From positions 297,521 to 361,520 of the forward strand of contig CAZBVQ010000001.1 of the NCBI GenBank assembly GCA_964495685.1: a stretch of DNA of 64,000 nt, given 5' to 3'. The translations under genes were made by a program, and so were the position numbers. Positions 18,491-29,055 of the stretch are shown here, piece by piece (the stretch's first letter is position 1; the number at the start of each line of letters is the position of its first letter). This stretch comes from an uncultured Candidatus Saccharibacteria bacterium (GTDB taxonomy: Bacteria; Patescibacteriota; Minisyncoccia; Phycocordibacterales; PALSA-1337). Below the pieces are notes generated by a model. The model saw nothing but the letters and a program-made list of their open reading frames with translations. It had not been told where the DNA came from and searched no databases.

Positions 18491-19720
18491 TTAACCGACG
18501 AGCTTCTTCATGTGCTTGGCTAGAAGGTCGAGGGGGATAATTTCTTGGGCATGGGTCTCAGTTTTGCGAACTACGGCAGTGCGTTCGACCGCCTCTTTCT
18601 TGCCTATGACTATAGTGTAGGGGGTGTGATATTTTTCGACAGTAGATACTTGTGCACCGAGGCGATCCTTCGCCAATGATACGTGAAGGGGTATTTTGAC
18701 CTGACGAAGACGTTCGATGACGTCGAGGGCCACGAGCTTGGATTCGAGTCCAAGCTGTACGAATGAGGCGATGGGGCGGCGCATTTTGGTGACGGTCTTG
18801 CGTAAGGAGGCGTCAGTGTCTGGACACAGGAGTGAAATGCCGACACCAGGAATATCACGCTTGAGGCCAAGACGCTTGGCTAGGCCATTGTAACGAACGC
18901 CGAGAGCGAGGATACGTGACTTGGGTTTCTTGTCAGATGAATCGGTGTTGATGATAGTGAAAATAGTCTCGGTACAATACTTGCGATTGCCAATGAGTGA
19001 ATTGTTGATGGTATAAGGAATAGCCAATGCCTCGAGATACTCGAGCACCTCCTCGAGGTGTCGTTTGCTGGTTTCTGAGAGGAAGTCCATAGAACGAGGA
19101 GCCTTTTCATTAATTTCGTGCGCACCAGTGACGTGCGACGCGAGGAGTTCGAAGACATCTTGTTTCATGAGCTGGCGGCATTCGGGAGTCATCGTGTTGA
19201 TATTCTTGCGATAATACGAGGTGAGTTCACGGGCAAATCGGGCGATCGAATCGCGGTCACCGATCGAATTGATCTCTACGGCGGTCGAGCTGTAGCCGAG
19301 TTCGTTCAACATGACACGAGCACTCTGGATGAGTGATGCCTCGGCGATTGCGCCAGATGACCCGAGTATTTCGAGGTCAGCATAACGATGATAATTACCC
19401 TTCTTGAGTGAGCCACGGCAGGGATCCTTGAAGTAAATCATGACAGGCTGGGGTAGGGACTGCAGGTCGTTTTCTTGGTACATGCGCATCAAGGCGATTT
19501 TTTCCTCAGCCCGAAGGGGGAGTTTGCCATGACGTTCTGTTTCATCATCGACGTAGTCACCTTCGAGGATGTCTTTGGCCGCATCGAGATCGGGTTTGGT
19601 TATGGCAGGACTCTTCATCGGTGTGAAGCCATAATACACAGCTGTCTCGCCGATTTTGTCGAGATGTTCGTAGGTGATGTATGTGCTCGTGGTCGCGTGG
19701 GTTTTCTTTTTGGTTGTCAT
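18491..19720 (-). CDS. Histidyl-tRNA synthetase-like protein with degenerate catalytic motifs
   Basis: EINSIGD, RYNGL, C-terminal HGTP anticodon-binding domain; motif 2 and RGLDYY eroded. Confidence 0.75.
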   Translation of the reverse strand: MTTKKKTHATTSTYITYEHLDKIGETAVYYGFTPMKSPAITKPDLDAAKDILEGDYVDDETERHGKLPLRAEEKIALMRMYQENDLQSLPQPVMIYFKDPCRGSLKKGNYHRYADLEILGSSGAIAEASLIQSARVMLNELGYSSTAVEINSIGDRDSIARFARELTSYYRKNINTMTPECRQLMKQDVFELLASHVTGAHEINEKAPRSMDFLSETSKRHLEEVLEYLEALAIPYTINNSLIGNRKYCTETIFTIINTDSSDKKPKSRILALGVRYNGLAKRLGLKRDIPGVGISLLCPDTDASLRKTVTKMRRPIASFVQLGLESKLVALDVIERLRQVKIPLHVSLAKDRLGAQVSTVEKYHTPYTIVIGKKEAVERTAVVRKTETHAQEIIPLDLLAKHMKKLVG

Positions 19721-19732
19721 GGCAAGAATGCG

Positions 19733-20323
19733 TTATTCTGTATGTTCGCCAGGCAATATGCCGATCGAACTCAGTGGTGTCAGTCTGATAAGTGGTCGTC
19801 CGACGATGAAATGTTTTTGGAGGGGACCCCATAGACGAGAATCGGCACTCTGGGCACGATTGTCTCCCATCACGAAGTATTCGGTTGGTCCCAGCGTCTC
19901 TGTAAGCGAATCGAGCGACGCGTGAGAACTATCTATGTAGGACTCGTCGAGCGTGAACCCTTCGGGGTGCTCTGTATTTGTGATGGTGACGGTGCCGTGA
20001 TTGATCGAGACTGATTCACCCGGTAGACCGATAATACGCTTGATATAGTATGTACTCGGATTGAGTGGGTACTCGAACACGACGACATCACCACGACTGG
20101 GTGCGCCAAATCGGTAACTAATACGGTCGACGATCAGGAATTGGCCAGTCGAGAATGTGGGATCCATCGACGCACCTTGCACGATGAAAGGCTCGGCAAT
20201 GAAATAACGAATAGGGAGCGCAATGACGAGAGCGATGATGATGACCTGGAACCACTCACGTATCATCTGCACGGCGGTCTTTCGGTGAGATGGTGATGTA
20301 GGTTGCTGAGAGGGAGTATCCAT
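19733..20323 (-). CDS. lepB: Signal peptidase I
   Basis: GASMDPT, YIKRIIGLPG, GDNR..S.DSR..G. Confidence 0.95.
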   Translation of the reverse strand: MDTPSQQPTSPSHRKTAVQMIREWFQVIIIALVIALPIRYFIAEPFIVQGASMDPTFSTGQFLIVDRISYRFGAPSRGDVVVFEYPLNPSTYYIKRIIGLPGESVSINHGTVTITNTEHPEGFTLDESYIDSSHASLDSLTETLGPTEYFVMGDNRAQSADSRLWGPLQKHFIVGRPLIRLTPLSSIGILPGEHTE

Positions 20324-20404
20324 GAATAATGAGTCTTACGGTGGGGACATTTTACTACCAAAAGTGGTTTGACACAAGGGTTTTTTTCAATCTATACTAC
20401 TGCC

Positions 20405-20998
20405 ATGCCATACATCATCGCAGGTCTCGGTAATCCAGGTCCGGAATATGACGCTACACGTCACAACACAGGACGTATCATACTCGAAGCACTTCGTGCC
20501 GAGTATGCTGAGGACGATTTCAAGTACGACAAGAAGCTCAACGCACACGTCGCCAAAGGCAAAATCGGTAAGGAAACAGTGACGTTCGTTGCGCCAGACA
20601 CATTCATGAATAATTCAGGCAAGGCACTCGCCCCACTGGTCAAGAGTGTCAAAGCGGCTGAGAAGATGATTGTGATCTACGATGATTTCAACTTGCCTCT
20701 AGGTCGTATTCGTATCTCGTTCAATCGCAGCTCGGGTGGCCACAATGGTCTCGAATCCATCATCAAGTCGGTCAAGACAGAAGCATTCCCGCGTATTCGT
20801 ATCGGTGTCGCTCCCGAAAACGCAAAAGGCAACGCCAAGACGCCTCATGGCGATGAAAAAATCGAGAAATTCATTCTCGGTAAACTCAAAGATGAGGAAG
20901 TGAAAGAGCTCAAGAAAGTCACCAAGAATGTAGTCGCGGCCGTCGAGGTCATGGTGCGCGAAAGTCGTGAGAAGGCGATGAGTATGTACAACGCGTGA
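20405..20998 (+). CDS. pth: Peptidyl-tRNA hydrolase
   Basis: GLGNPG..Y..TRHN.G, FMNNSG, GGHNGL, R.RIGV. Confidence 0.95.
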   Translation: MPYIIAGLGNPGPEYDATRHNTGRIILEALRAEYAEDDFKYDKKLNAHVAKGKIGKETVTFVAPDTFMNNSGKALAPLVKSVKAAEKMIVIYDDFNLPLGRIRISFNRSSGGHNGLESIIKSVKTEAFPRIRIGVAPENAKGNAKTPHGDEKIEKFILGKLKDEEVKELKKVTKNVVAAVEVMVRESREKAMSMYNA

Positions 20999-21042
20999 GC
21001 CTGCGAACGCAGCCGTGGTCGTATGACCGCAACGCGTGAGCC

Positions 21043-21085
21043 AACAAAAAATCCCATGGAGGGGAACTTCGCGGGATTTTTTGTT
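21043..21085. terminator. Bidirectional terminator between pth and rpsA
   Basis: AACAAAAAATCCC...GGGATTTTTTGTT. Confidence 0.7.
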
Positions 21086-21090
21086 TATAT

Positions 21091-22311
21091 CTATTTCTTC
21101 TCTCCAGAATATGACAGAGCCATTTTCTGTTCCTTGGGATCGAAGAGGGTAATCTTGAACGGATATGTCTTGCCGAGCTCGAGTGTCTTGCGGAGTTTCT
21201 CCTCCGAGCCGAACTCTGAGACGTGTACCAATCCAGCGACGCCTTCTTCGATAGAAGCGAGGGCGCCATGCTTGTTGAATTTGATGATGACACCAGTGAC
21301 GGACATGTCTTTCTTGTACTTCTTGGTGGCCTCGGTCCACGGATTGGGCTTCATCTGCTTGAGTGACAATGAAATCTTGCCATCCTTGATCTCGATAATC
21401 TTGGCCTTGATCTTCTGGCCAGTCTTCACGAAGTTGCGCGGATCATCGACGAGACCCCAGTCGATCTCTGAAATATGGACCAAGCCCTCGAGACCTTCTT
21501 CGAGTTTGACGAAGATGCCGAAGTCGACCACGCCAGTGACCAGACCGTCGACTTCGTCACCAATCTCGTACTTGCTAACGACCTTCTCCTTCTCTTTGCT
21601 CTCTTGGCCTTTCTCAGAGAAAATGAGTTTACCTTCCTTGGGATCAGCGGTGATGATGGCGACTTGGAGACGAGTACCGATGAGTTTCTTGAGCTCCTCG
21701 AGGATCTTGTCTTTGTCACCGTCAGCGACCTTGGGATAGTGTTCAGACTTGAGCTGAGATGCTGGCAAGAAGCCGACGATGCCTTGCCATTCGATCATGA
21801 GACCACCCTTGTTGGCTTCCTTGACTAGGAGGTCGAGAGTGCGCTTCTCCTTGATAGCGGCCTCTGCTTCACTCCAGATGAGCGCCTGGCGAGCTTCTTT
21901 GAGTGACAATTCGTAGTAACCTTCTTTGTGAGCGGTATCGACGATCTTTGCAGCGATAACATCACCGACATTGATCTTCTTGATGACATCGCGAGCGATG
22001 ATGAACTCACGGCCGTAGATGATACCGGTACCGAAGGGAGCGAGGTCGATGAATACCGATGACTTCTCGATAGCGATGACTGGTCCTTCGACGAGGTCAC
22101 CGATAATCGGAGGATTCTTCATGGACGCAATCATGCCACCCATAAGGCTGGCCTTCTGGGCGTCAGTGAGCTCCATGTCATCTTTCTTGGCGACTTCGCC
22201 TTCAGGCTTTGTCTTCTTCTTGCTTGATGTCGCTTTGGTTTCGGCTGGAGCAGCGACAGTCTCCGTGATTTCTTCCTTGCCGACGAGGGTTTCTTTAAGT
22301 TTCTTGAACAT
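21091..22311 (-). CDS. rpsA: 30S ribosomal protein S1 (four S1 domains)
   Basis: Repeated S1 motifs GFLPASQL, FGIFV...EGLVHISEI, GLVHVSE. Confidence 0.9.
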   Translation of the reverse strand: MFKKLKETLVGKEEITETVAAPAETKATSSKKKTKPEGEVAKKDDMELTDAQKASLMGGMIASMKNPPIIGDLVEGPVIAIEKSSVFIDLAPFGTGIIYGREFIIARDVIKKINVGDVIAAKIVDTAHKEGYYELSLKEARQALIWSEAEAAIKEKRTLDLLVKEANKGGLMIEWQGIVGFLPASQLKSEHYPKVADGDKDKILEELKKLIGTRLQVAIITADPKEGKLIFSEKGQESKEKEKVVSKYEIGDEVDGLVTGVVDFGIFVKLEEGLEGLVHISEIDWGLVDDPRNFVKTGQKIKAKIIEIKDGKISLSLKQMKPNPWTEATKKYKKDMSVTGVIIKFNKHGALASIEEGVAGLVHVSEFGSEEKLRKTLELGKTYPFKITLFDPKEQKMALSYSGEKK

Positions 22312-22794
22312 GTGAATGTTCCGCCGCCCCGTTTTTTAGACTAATAAATAAAATTTCGGGATAACGCGCGGATTGATAAAGGAACACGTACCTAACCGAA
22401 GCTTCACGCTTCGAAGTCTCGATAATACATCACGATTGCTTTTTTGTCGAGCCCGGCGTAGAGTGTGCGGTGGAAGGGAGAAAAAGCTTTATGAAAAAAA
22501 CACTGTTTCAGTCGGATAAACATGTGCCGGTGTTGGAGATACCTGCCACGCTTGAAGGAAAATGGAAGTTGTACACCGCTCTCCGAGAGCGTGCCCGCGT
22601 ACAACTCGGAGTACTCTCGTTCAATGTGAGGACGGTTCCTTTTGGGACGAAACACAGTTGGTCAGCGAAGAAGATTTGTGCGATGAAATTGGAGGTGGCG
22701 TGTGCCACATTGTGGTGTCTTATTCATCAGCCACAGGCTATGGAACCCGTTCCGGAAACACGTAAGTTCCGGCTCTGAATGAAAGGATCGGACC

Positions 22795-23172
22795 ATGAAA
22801 ATTCGAAAAACTCCACCGCGAACTCTCGAAGGGCTCGAGATCTGGCTGCAACGACAGGGGCGTGAATGTCGTCACACCGTCGAAGAAGATCTGAAGTCAC
22901 TACCTGATGATCCAGAGGCTCGGCGATCGCGTCTCAAGGAGTGGTGGTATCACCTCGAAAAAGGGAGGCCGCTTCCGGAGATCGGTGAGATTATTCGTCA
23001 GTCCGAGATGGTGAAATATCGTCAGGCTCGTGAAGAAGCGGAGCGTCAGGCTGCAATACGTAGATCGCTAACCACGAACAGAAAGCGAATCACGCAGTAC
23101 AGAAAACCTGACTCTGAGTGGCGACCACACCGTGGTCCGAAAAAACCGCTACCTTGGCCATGGCCACGCTAG
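22795..23172 (+). CDS. Hypothetical basic protein (orphan)
   Basis: GAAAGGA upstream, terminator-like hairpin at 23175-23210. Confidence 0.5.
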   Translation: MKIRKTPPRTLEGLEIWLQRQGRECRHTVEEDLKSLPDDPEARRSRLKEWWYHLEKGRPLPEIGEIIRQSEMVKYRQAREEAERQAAIRRSLTTNRKRITQYRKPDSEWRPHRGPKKPLPWPWPR

Positions 23173-23240
23173 CAACCGCGCCTCGCAAGGGGTGCGGTCA
23201 CTTTTTTTATTGGCACCAATCTGCTACCATATTGGGCACT

Positions 23241-23873
23241 ATGATCATCAATTATCTCGGCGGACAATTCGTGAAAATCCAGTTTGGCGATACCATTCTT
23301 GCCTTCAACCCTGTCTCAAAGGAATCCAAGCTCAAGGCGAGCAAGTTTGGTGCTGATATTGTACTCACCAGCGTCAATCATCCTGACATGAATGGTGTCG
23401 ATCAAGTGTCATTCGGTGACAAGAAACCGTTCGCAATCGCTGGTCCCGGTGAATATGAAGTCAAAGGTGTATTCATCAAAGGTTTCGGCTCTGAATCTGG
23501 CTACGACAAGGAGAAACGTCTCAATACAATATATACAGTCACTCTCGAGGGCATGAACATTTGTTTCTTGGGCGCGATCAATACTACGGAATTGCCCAAA
23601 GAGGCAGATGAAAACATTGATGCCGTCGATATCCTCTTTGTGCCGATCAGTGGTGATGGTGTTCTCGATCCAGCCAAAGCCTACAAGCTTGCTGTATCTA
23701 TCGGTCCCAAAATCATTATTCCGGTAAATTATGGTGATACCGGTGACAAAGATACCCTCAAGAAATTCCTCAAGGAAGCCGGTGAGAATCCCAAACCAGA
23801 GCCCAAGCTTACGCTCAAGAAGAAAGATCTCGAAGGTAAAGATGCTGATGTGGTAGTGCTGGAGAGGGAATAG
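23241..23873 (+). CDS. MBL-fold protein (beta-lactamase B_3-like) with incomplete metal motif
   Basis: ADIVL.S..H.D, GPGEYEV.GV.I.G, DILFVP, PKIIIP. Confidence 0.8.
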   Translation: MIINYLGGQFVKIQFGDTILAFNPVSKESKLKASKFGADIVLTSVNHPDMNGVDQVSFGDKKPFAIAGPGEYEVKGVFIKGFGSESGYDKEKRLNTIYTVTLEGMNICFLGAINTTELPKEADENIDAVDILFVPISGDGVLDPAKAYKLAVSIGPKIIIPVNYGDTGDKDTLKKFLKEAGENPKPEPKLTLKKKDLEGKDADVVVLERE

Positions 23874-23971
23874 GGGATTAAATTACAAATCACAAAGTAC
23901 AATTTGGTGCTTTTGGGGGTGTACAACAACGCTTGTCAGCAACCTCCAATGACTGTAAACTTATAGCTACC

Positions 23972-24271
23972 ATGTCCTTCCAGACTCATCTCGAAAATCT
24001 GCGCGCCAAGCCGGAACATGTACGCAAGCGTTTCGCTTTCTGGTCATCACTTAGTGTCACGGTGATTATTTTTGCATTTTGGCTCGCCTCATTCACTACG
24101 AGTGTTGTTTCACCTCGTAACGCAGTGACCCAAGCAGTCGCTCAAGCGGGTACACCGGGTCAATCACTCATTGCCGGAGTCGGCACTTTTCTCGCAGATA
24201 TCAAAGAGATGATTTTCGGTACAAAAAAGATCACCTACAAGGAGGTAGAGGTGTTGCCGGGGAAGAAATAA
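23972..24271 (+). CDS. Small single-TM hypothetical protein
   Basis: LR.KPEH.R followed by a TM helix. Confidence 0.65.
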   Translation: MSFQTHLENLRAKPEHVRKRFAFWSSLSVTVIIFAFWLASFTTSVVSPRNAVTQAVAQAGTPGQSLIAGVGTFLADIKEMIFGTKKITYKEVEVLPGKK

Positions 24272-24337
24272 TTTCTATATAAAAATACCACAGCGGGGGC
24301 TGTGGCATCGGCGTTCAATGGGAGTCTAGTCAACTGG

Positions 24338-24811
24338 TCACCCTCTCGACTCTGGACGAGTAATATTGAGAAATTGGCCCAGGAAGACGGTATTCTTGCT
24401 GCCCTCCATGATACGGGCGGCATCTTTTGGTCGGAGCAAGCGCGGTCTGGAATGTAGTGCAAGCGCGATCACGCATGCCTCACTGAGGTGGTGCGATAAT
24501 GATCCGTAAAATGACAGGATTAACCTATGTGTCCGGATTGTGCCTAGATGACTTCCGCCCAAGCTGAGGTCTTGAGGAGGACGATCTTGCATAATCTGGG
24601 CACGATTTTGTGCGTGCCAGGCAAACAGGCCCGCATCTTTGTCTCGCATCATACCGATAGGCAAGACGAATTCGAGTCTCGATTTTCGCCAATCTTGGAC
24701 GCAGAGGAATCCGCCCGCTAGGCCACTATGTTGATGTCTGGGAGTGGCATGCGCACGTGCGACGATTGATTCCATGAGGGCAACCACAGTCTCTCGCTGC
24801 TTGTGTTCCAT
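24338..24811 (-). CDS. Hypothetical protein (orphan, possibly a distant GlcG/HbpS-like fold)
   Basis: ORF with its own TTGACT-17-TAAATT promoter; fold assignment is weak. Confidence 0.5.
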   Translation of the reverse strand: MEHKQRETVVALMESIVARAHATPRHQHSGLAGGFLCVQDWRKSRLEFVLPIGMMRDKDAGLFAWHAQNRAQIMQDRPPQDLSLGGSHLGTIRTHRLILSFYGSLSHHLSEACVIALALHSRPRLLRPKDAARIMEGSKNTVFLGQFLNITRPESRG

Positions 24812-25015
24812 AGTTATTTAATGAGCCGTAGGTTCAAAGCTGTTTCAGGCAAAATTTACACACAAAATCCATCAAAGTCAAGTCGCATCGCGTCACCTTT
24901 TTTGGTATAATATGGAGTAATTCAACAAGGGAACCATTGAACAATTGCTCAGATTAATTCTCGGGTAGCTGTACCGAATTGTTTAATAGTTCCTTTGTTC
25001 AATTGTTGAATTCTT

Positions 25016-27490
25016 ATGGCCAAAAAGAATGAGAAAGCCCAAGAAGATGTAGCGCCACGCCCTGAGGGCGCTGGTGTTGTTCCGCGCAATATCACCACCG
25101 AGATGCGCGAGTCATTCCTCGACTACGCTATGTCAGTCATCACTGACCGTGCGCTCCCTGATGTACGTGATGGACTCAAGCCGGTGCATCGTCGCATCCT
25201 CTACGCCATGCACGAGAAGGGTCTCACATTCCAGTCCAAATTCCGCAAATCAGCTGTCGTCGTCGGTGACGTACTCGGTAACTATCACCCCCACGGTGAC
25301 GTCGCCGTGTATGATTCGATGGTCAAGATGGTGCAGGACTTTACTATGCGCTACCGCCTCATTCAAGGCCAAGGCAACTTCGGTACCGTCGATGGTGACT
25401 CCGCTGCTGCCATGCGTTATACCGAAGCCAAGATGTCTCGTATCGCAGCCGAGTTGCTCCGCGATATCGACAAGAACACAGTCGATTTCCGCCCCAACTA
25501 TGACGGTACACGCAAAGAACCCTCAGTCCTCCCGACTGCTGTACCCAATTTACTTTTGAATGGCACACTCGGTATCGCTGTCGGTATGGCCACCAACGTC
25601 GCTCCGCACAACCTCGGCGAAGTGGTCGACGCTACCACATTCCTGATCGACAATGCAGATGCTTCCAATGAAGACCTGTTCCAATTCATCAAAGGTCCTG
25701 ATTTCCCGACGGGCGCTATCATGTATGGCGAGAAAGACATTCATCATGCTTATGCTACCGGTCGTGGCGGTATCACCGTACGTGGTGAAGCTGAGATCGT
25801 CGAAGACAAGAAGGGTCAGTACCAGATCGTCATCTCTTCGATCCCGTATCGCGTCAACAAATCCGAACTGATCATCCGTATGGCAGATCTGGTCCGCGAC
25901 AAAATCATCGAGGGTGTTCGTGGCTTGCGCGACGAATCAGACAAGGAGATGCGCATTGTGCTCGATCTCAAGCAGGGTGCGTATCCCGAGAAGGTCCTCA
26001 ACCAGCTCTACAAGCATACCCAGCTCGAAGAAGCGTTCCACATGAACATGGTCGCTCTGGTCAACGGTGTTCCACAGACATTGTCTCTCAAATCTGTACT
26101 CGAAGAATTCGTCGACCATCGTATCGACGTTATCCGCCGCAGGACACAGTTCGATCTCGATGCTGCAGAAGCACGAGAGCACATTTTGCTCGGTCTCAAG
26201 AAGGCACTCGATCATATCGATGAGATCATCACCCTCATTCGTGCTTCCAAGGATGTAGCAGATGCCAAGGCTGGACTCATGAAGAAGTTCAAGTTCAGTG
26301 ACTTGCAGGCGCAGGCCATTCTCGATATGCGTCTCCAGAAGCTCGCTGGCCTCGAGCGCAAGAAAGTCCTCGACGAACTCAAAGAAGTCCAGGCGCTCAT
26401 CGAAGAACTCCAGGGCATTCTCGGCTCTGAGAAGAAAGTGCGCACTATCATCAAGACTGAGCTTGCAGATATCAAGACCAAATATGGTGACGACCGTCGT
26501 ACCAAGATCGTCAAGCATGGTGTCAAAGATTTCAATCCAGAAGATCTGATTGCTGATGAAGAGTCAGTACTTGTCCTTACCAAAGGTGGCTACGTCAAGC
26601 GCACCAATCCTGATGAATATCGCAAACAGAAGCGTGGCGGCGTCGGTGTCGTCGACCTCGATACCAAGGAAGAAGATTTCATTTCACATCTCGTGTTCGC
26701 CACTACTCACAATGACCTCCTGTTCTTCACCGACAAGGGCAAGGCATATCAGATCAAAATGTATGATATTCCTGAGGGCAAGCGTGCTACCAAGGGCAAG
26801 TCAGTCATGAACTTCCTGTCACTCGCAGAAGGGGAGCACGTCACTTCTATTCTAGCTATGCCCAAGAACAAGAAAGAAGCTGATGGTCTCTCACTCATGA
26901 TGGTCACCAAGAATGGTACTGGCAAGAAATCTTCAGCATCTCATTTCAAGGACGTACGTCGTTCGGGTCTCATTGCTATTACGCTCGATGCAGGTGATGA
27001 GCTCATCTCTGCCTCGTTCGTTTCCAAGAATGACACGATCACTATCGCTACGAGGGAAGGTCAGTCGATCCGATTCAAGGAATCTGATATTCGTGAAATG
27101 GGTCGTAATGCAGCCGGTGTGCGTGCTATCAAACTCGACAAGAAAGACGCAGTCATCTCTGCTGACGTTGTCTCCAATGATGCCAAGAATCCGGCACTCT
27201 TCGTTATGGGCGCCAATGGATACGGCAAGAAGACTAAGCTCGATGAGTACAAGGTCCAGGGTCGTGGTGGCTCAGGTATTCTCACCATGAATGTCACGTC
27301 GAAGACGGGTCCTCTCATGGCTGCCAAGGTGGTGACTGATGATGAGGAGGAGATCGTGGCTATGTCCAAGAAATCACAGGTCATCCGTATCGACATCAAA
27401 GAAATTCCGACATTGAGTCGTGCCACACAAGGTGTGCGCGTCATGAAACTCCGAGAGGGGGATTCACTGGCGAGCTCGGTGTGTTTGTAA
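25016..27490 (+). CDS. gyrA: DNA gyrase subunit A
   Basis: [28 protein letters not shown], GyrA-box QKRGGVG. Confidence 0.98.
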   Translation: MAKKNEKAQEDVAPRPEGAGVVPRNITTEMRESFLDYAMSVITDRALPDVRDGLKPVHRRILYAMHEKGLTFQSKFRKSAVVVGDVLGNYHPHGDVAVYDSMVKMVQDFTMRYRLIQGQGNFGTVDGDSAAAMRYTEAKMSRIAAELLRDIDKNTVDFRPNYDGTRKEPSVLPTAVPNLLLNGTLGIAVGMATNVAPHNLGEVVDATTFLIDNADASNEDLFQFIKGPDFPTGAIMYGEKDIHHAYATGRGGITVRGEAEIVEDKKGQYQIVISSIPYRVNKSELIIRMADLVRDKIIEGVRGLRDESDKEMRIVLDLKQGAYPEKVLNQLYKHTQLEEAFHMNMVALVNGVPQTLSLKSVLEEFVDHRIDVIRRRTQFDLDAAEAREHILLGLKKALDHIDEIITLIRASKDVADAKAGLMKKFKFSDLQAQAILDMRLQKLAGLERKKVLDELKEVQALIEELQGILGSEKKVRTIIKTELADIKTKYGDDRRTKIVKHGVKDFNPEDLIADEESVLVLTKGGYVKRTNPDEYRKQKRGGVGVVDLDTKEEDFISHLVFATTHNDLLFFTDKGKAYQIKMYDIPEGKRATKGKSVMNFLSLAEGEHVTSILAMPKNKKEADGLSLMMVTKNGTGKKSSASHFKDVRRSGLIAITLDAGDELISASFVSKNDTITIATREGQSIRFKESDIREMGRNAAGVRAIKLDKKDAVISADVVSNDAKNPALFVMGANGYGKKTKLDEYKVQGRGGSGILTMNVTSKTGPLMAAKVVTDDEEEIVAMSKKSQVIRIDIKEIPTLSRATQGVRVMKLREGDSLASSVCL

Positions 27491-27497
27491 TGTGTCA

Positions 27498-28184
27498 ATG
27501 AAAGAAGAAAATCCTTTTGAAGACAAAACGGTGGCGCAAGAATGGATTGATTCTATCGAGAATCAAGGCTCACGGACTCGGGAGATGGAGATTTACCCGA
27601 TGCTGAATTCTTGGGTGAAAGAATTCAAACCAGAAACAATTATTGAGGTTGGCTCGGGTCAGGGTATTTGTTCCGCTGCTTTCGATACTGGGGAATTAGA
27701 ATATGTTGGGATTGAGCCGTCAGAGTATTTATTGCATCGTGCACAAGAGAAATACGCAAATGCACAGAGGACATTTGTACAAGGAGATGCATACTCACTA
27801 CCTTTGGATGCTGAGTCGGCTGATGCAGCGTTTTCTGTTGGCGTCTGGTTTCATATAGATGATCTAGATAGAGCGCATGCTGAGTTGGCTCGGGTGCTAC
27901 GTAAGGATGGTCGGTTGTTGATATTTACTGCAGACATAGGTGCGCGAGACGTCTGGGAATCGTGGTTTGATAAGCCAAAGGTTGACGGCAAACGTGTCCA
28001 AGGAGCCGTCTTTGTTCCTGGTGGAAGGTTGTCAAAAAATATTTTTTATTTTCATTCAACAAAAGAAATCGCTGAATCGTTGGAGAAACACGGATTTATT
28101 ATTGAGGATATCAAAACAATAGGATTTGGAGGTGGAGAGCGAACTAGGGGAATTTGGGTTGCAATACGAGCCAAGAAAAAGTGA
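27498..28184 (+). CDS. Class I SAM-dependent methyltransferase
   Basis: IIEVGSGQG, GDAYSLP, ELARVLR..G. Confidence 0.85.
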   Translation: MKEENPFEDKTVAQEWIDSIENQGSRTREMEIYPMLNSWVKEFKPETIIEVGSGQGICSAAFDTGELEYVGIEPSEYLLHRAQEKYANAQRTFVQGDAYSLPLDAESADAAFSVGVWFHIDDLDRAHAELARVLRKDGRLLIFTADIGARDVWESWFDKPKVDGKRVQGAVFVPGGRLSKNIFYFHSTKEIAESLEKHGFIIEDIKTIGFGGGERTRGIWVAIRAKKK

Positions 28185-28197
28185 GCAAAATAACTGA

Positions 28198-28344
28198 GTA
28201 TCGTTCATCGAAATTGGACATCTTGATGTGAATGATTTTGAAGACGGACTCCATCCCAATGCATCAGGGCATCAGAAGATTTTCGAGCAGGTCGATAGAT
28301 TTATGAACGACAATAAGTGGAGGCGGCTTCGGGTACATAAATGA
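28198..28344 (+). pseudogene. C-terminal remnant of an SGNH/GDSL hydrolase
   Basis: Reads ...DFEDGLHPNASGHQKIF... (block V DxxH); preceded by an in-frame stop, no start or blocks I-III. Confidence 0.65.
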
Positions 28345-28410
28345 GAAAGACCTTCGTGAGAATGGCCCGAAGGTCAGTCTCACGAAGGTCATTTCGAGGG
28401 TTTTTCAACA

Positions 28411-28671
28411 TCATTTCTTCGCCGCCGCGGGTTTCGGTGTCTTTGGTGCTTTGACCCGATATACAACCAGTACGCCTTCCAGCCAACCGTTGCTGGTCGA
28501 TTTTGTGCTAACGGTGACTATTCGGGCGGTTGGATTTTGTTTTTCCCACGCAGTGATAAGCTGGGCGGCGTCATCACAATTGCTAGCCCTGAGATAGACG
28601 GCCCCCGCATGAGCGGGCACGGCTGCAATGATGAGAAATAATGTCGTTACGAATACAAGGAGCTTTTTCAT
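28411..28671 (-). CDS. Small secreted hypothetical protein
   Basis: Signal peptide MKKLLVFVTTLFLIIAAVPAHA; 13-bp IR hairpin downstream at 28349-28390. Confidence 0.6.
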   Translation of the reverse strand: MKKLLVFVTTLFLIIAAVPAHAGAVYLRASNCDDAAQLITAWEKQNPTARIVTVSTKSTSNGWLEGVLVVYRVKAPKTPKPAAAKK

Positions 28672-29055
28672 TTTTCGAGAGGTCTTTCTGTCCCCGGGGG
28701 GTTGATTTGTAGAGGCGGGGCACCTCAAAAACTACATGTAATATGATGGCATGTTTTATTATAAAAGTCAAGACATCGTAACTGAATAACAAAGACCCTT
28801 GCAATTTTACATAACGCTAATTATAATTAGCATGCCAATCTCGTGTATTTTCTCGTAAACATATAAGGACTTGTACGGTTATAAGAACTAAGCATAAAAA
28901 GATGGTTTCAAGCAAAACACTCAATGCGCATCTAAAAACAGTTAGGGGTATTGTCGTTAAGAATTTCGCAATAATAGATCTAAAATTAGAAGAAATGAAT
29001 CAGTGCATGAAACGTATCGAGGTAAATCAGAAAAAGAGTGTACCGGGCGACTCCA

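Noticed and set aside
21023-21739. Long antisense ORFs over rpsA, and similar shadows over dnaE, infB, gyrA, tuf and ribosomal protein genes
   Set aside because: Antisense or off-frame shadows caused by codon bias; no recognisable motifs
22470-22778. 102-aa ORF upstream of the 22795 orphan
   Set aside because: Could be real, but there are competing overlapping ORFs and no motif; not enough support
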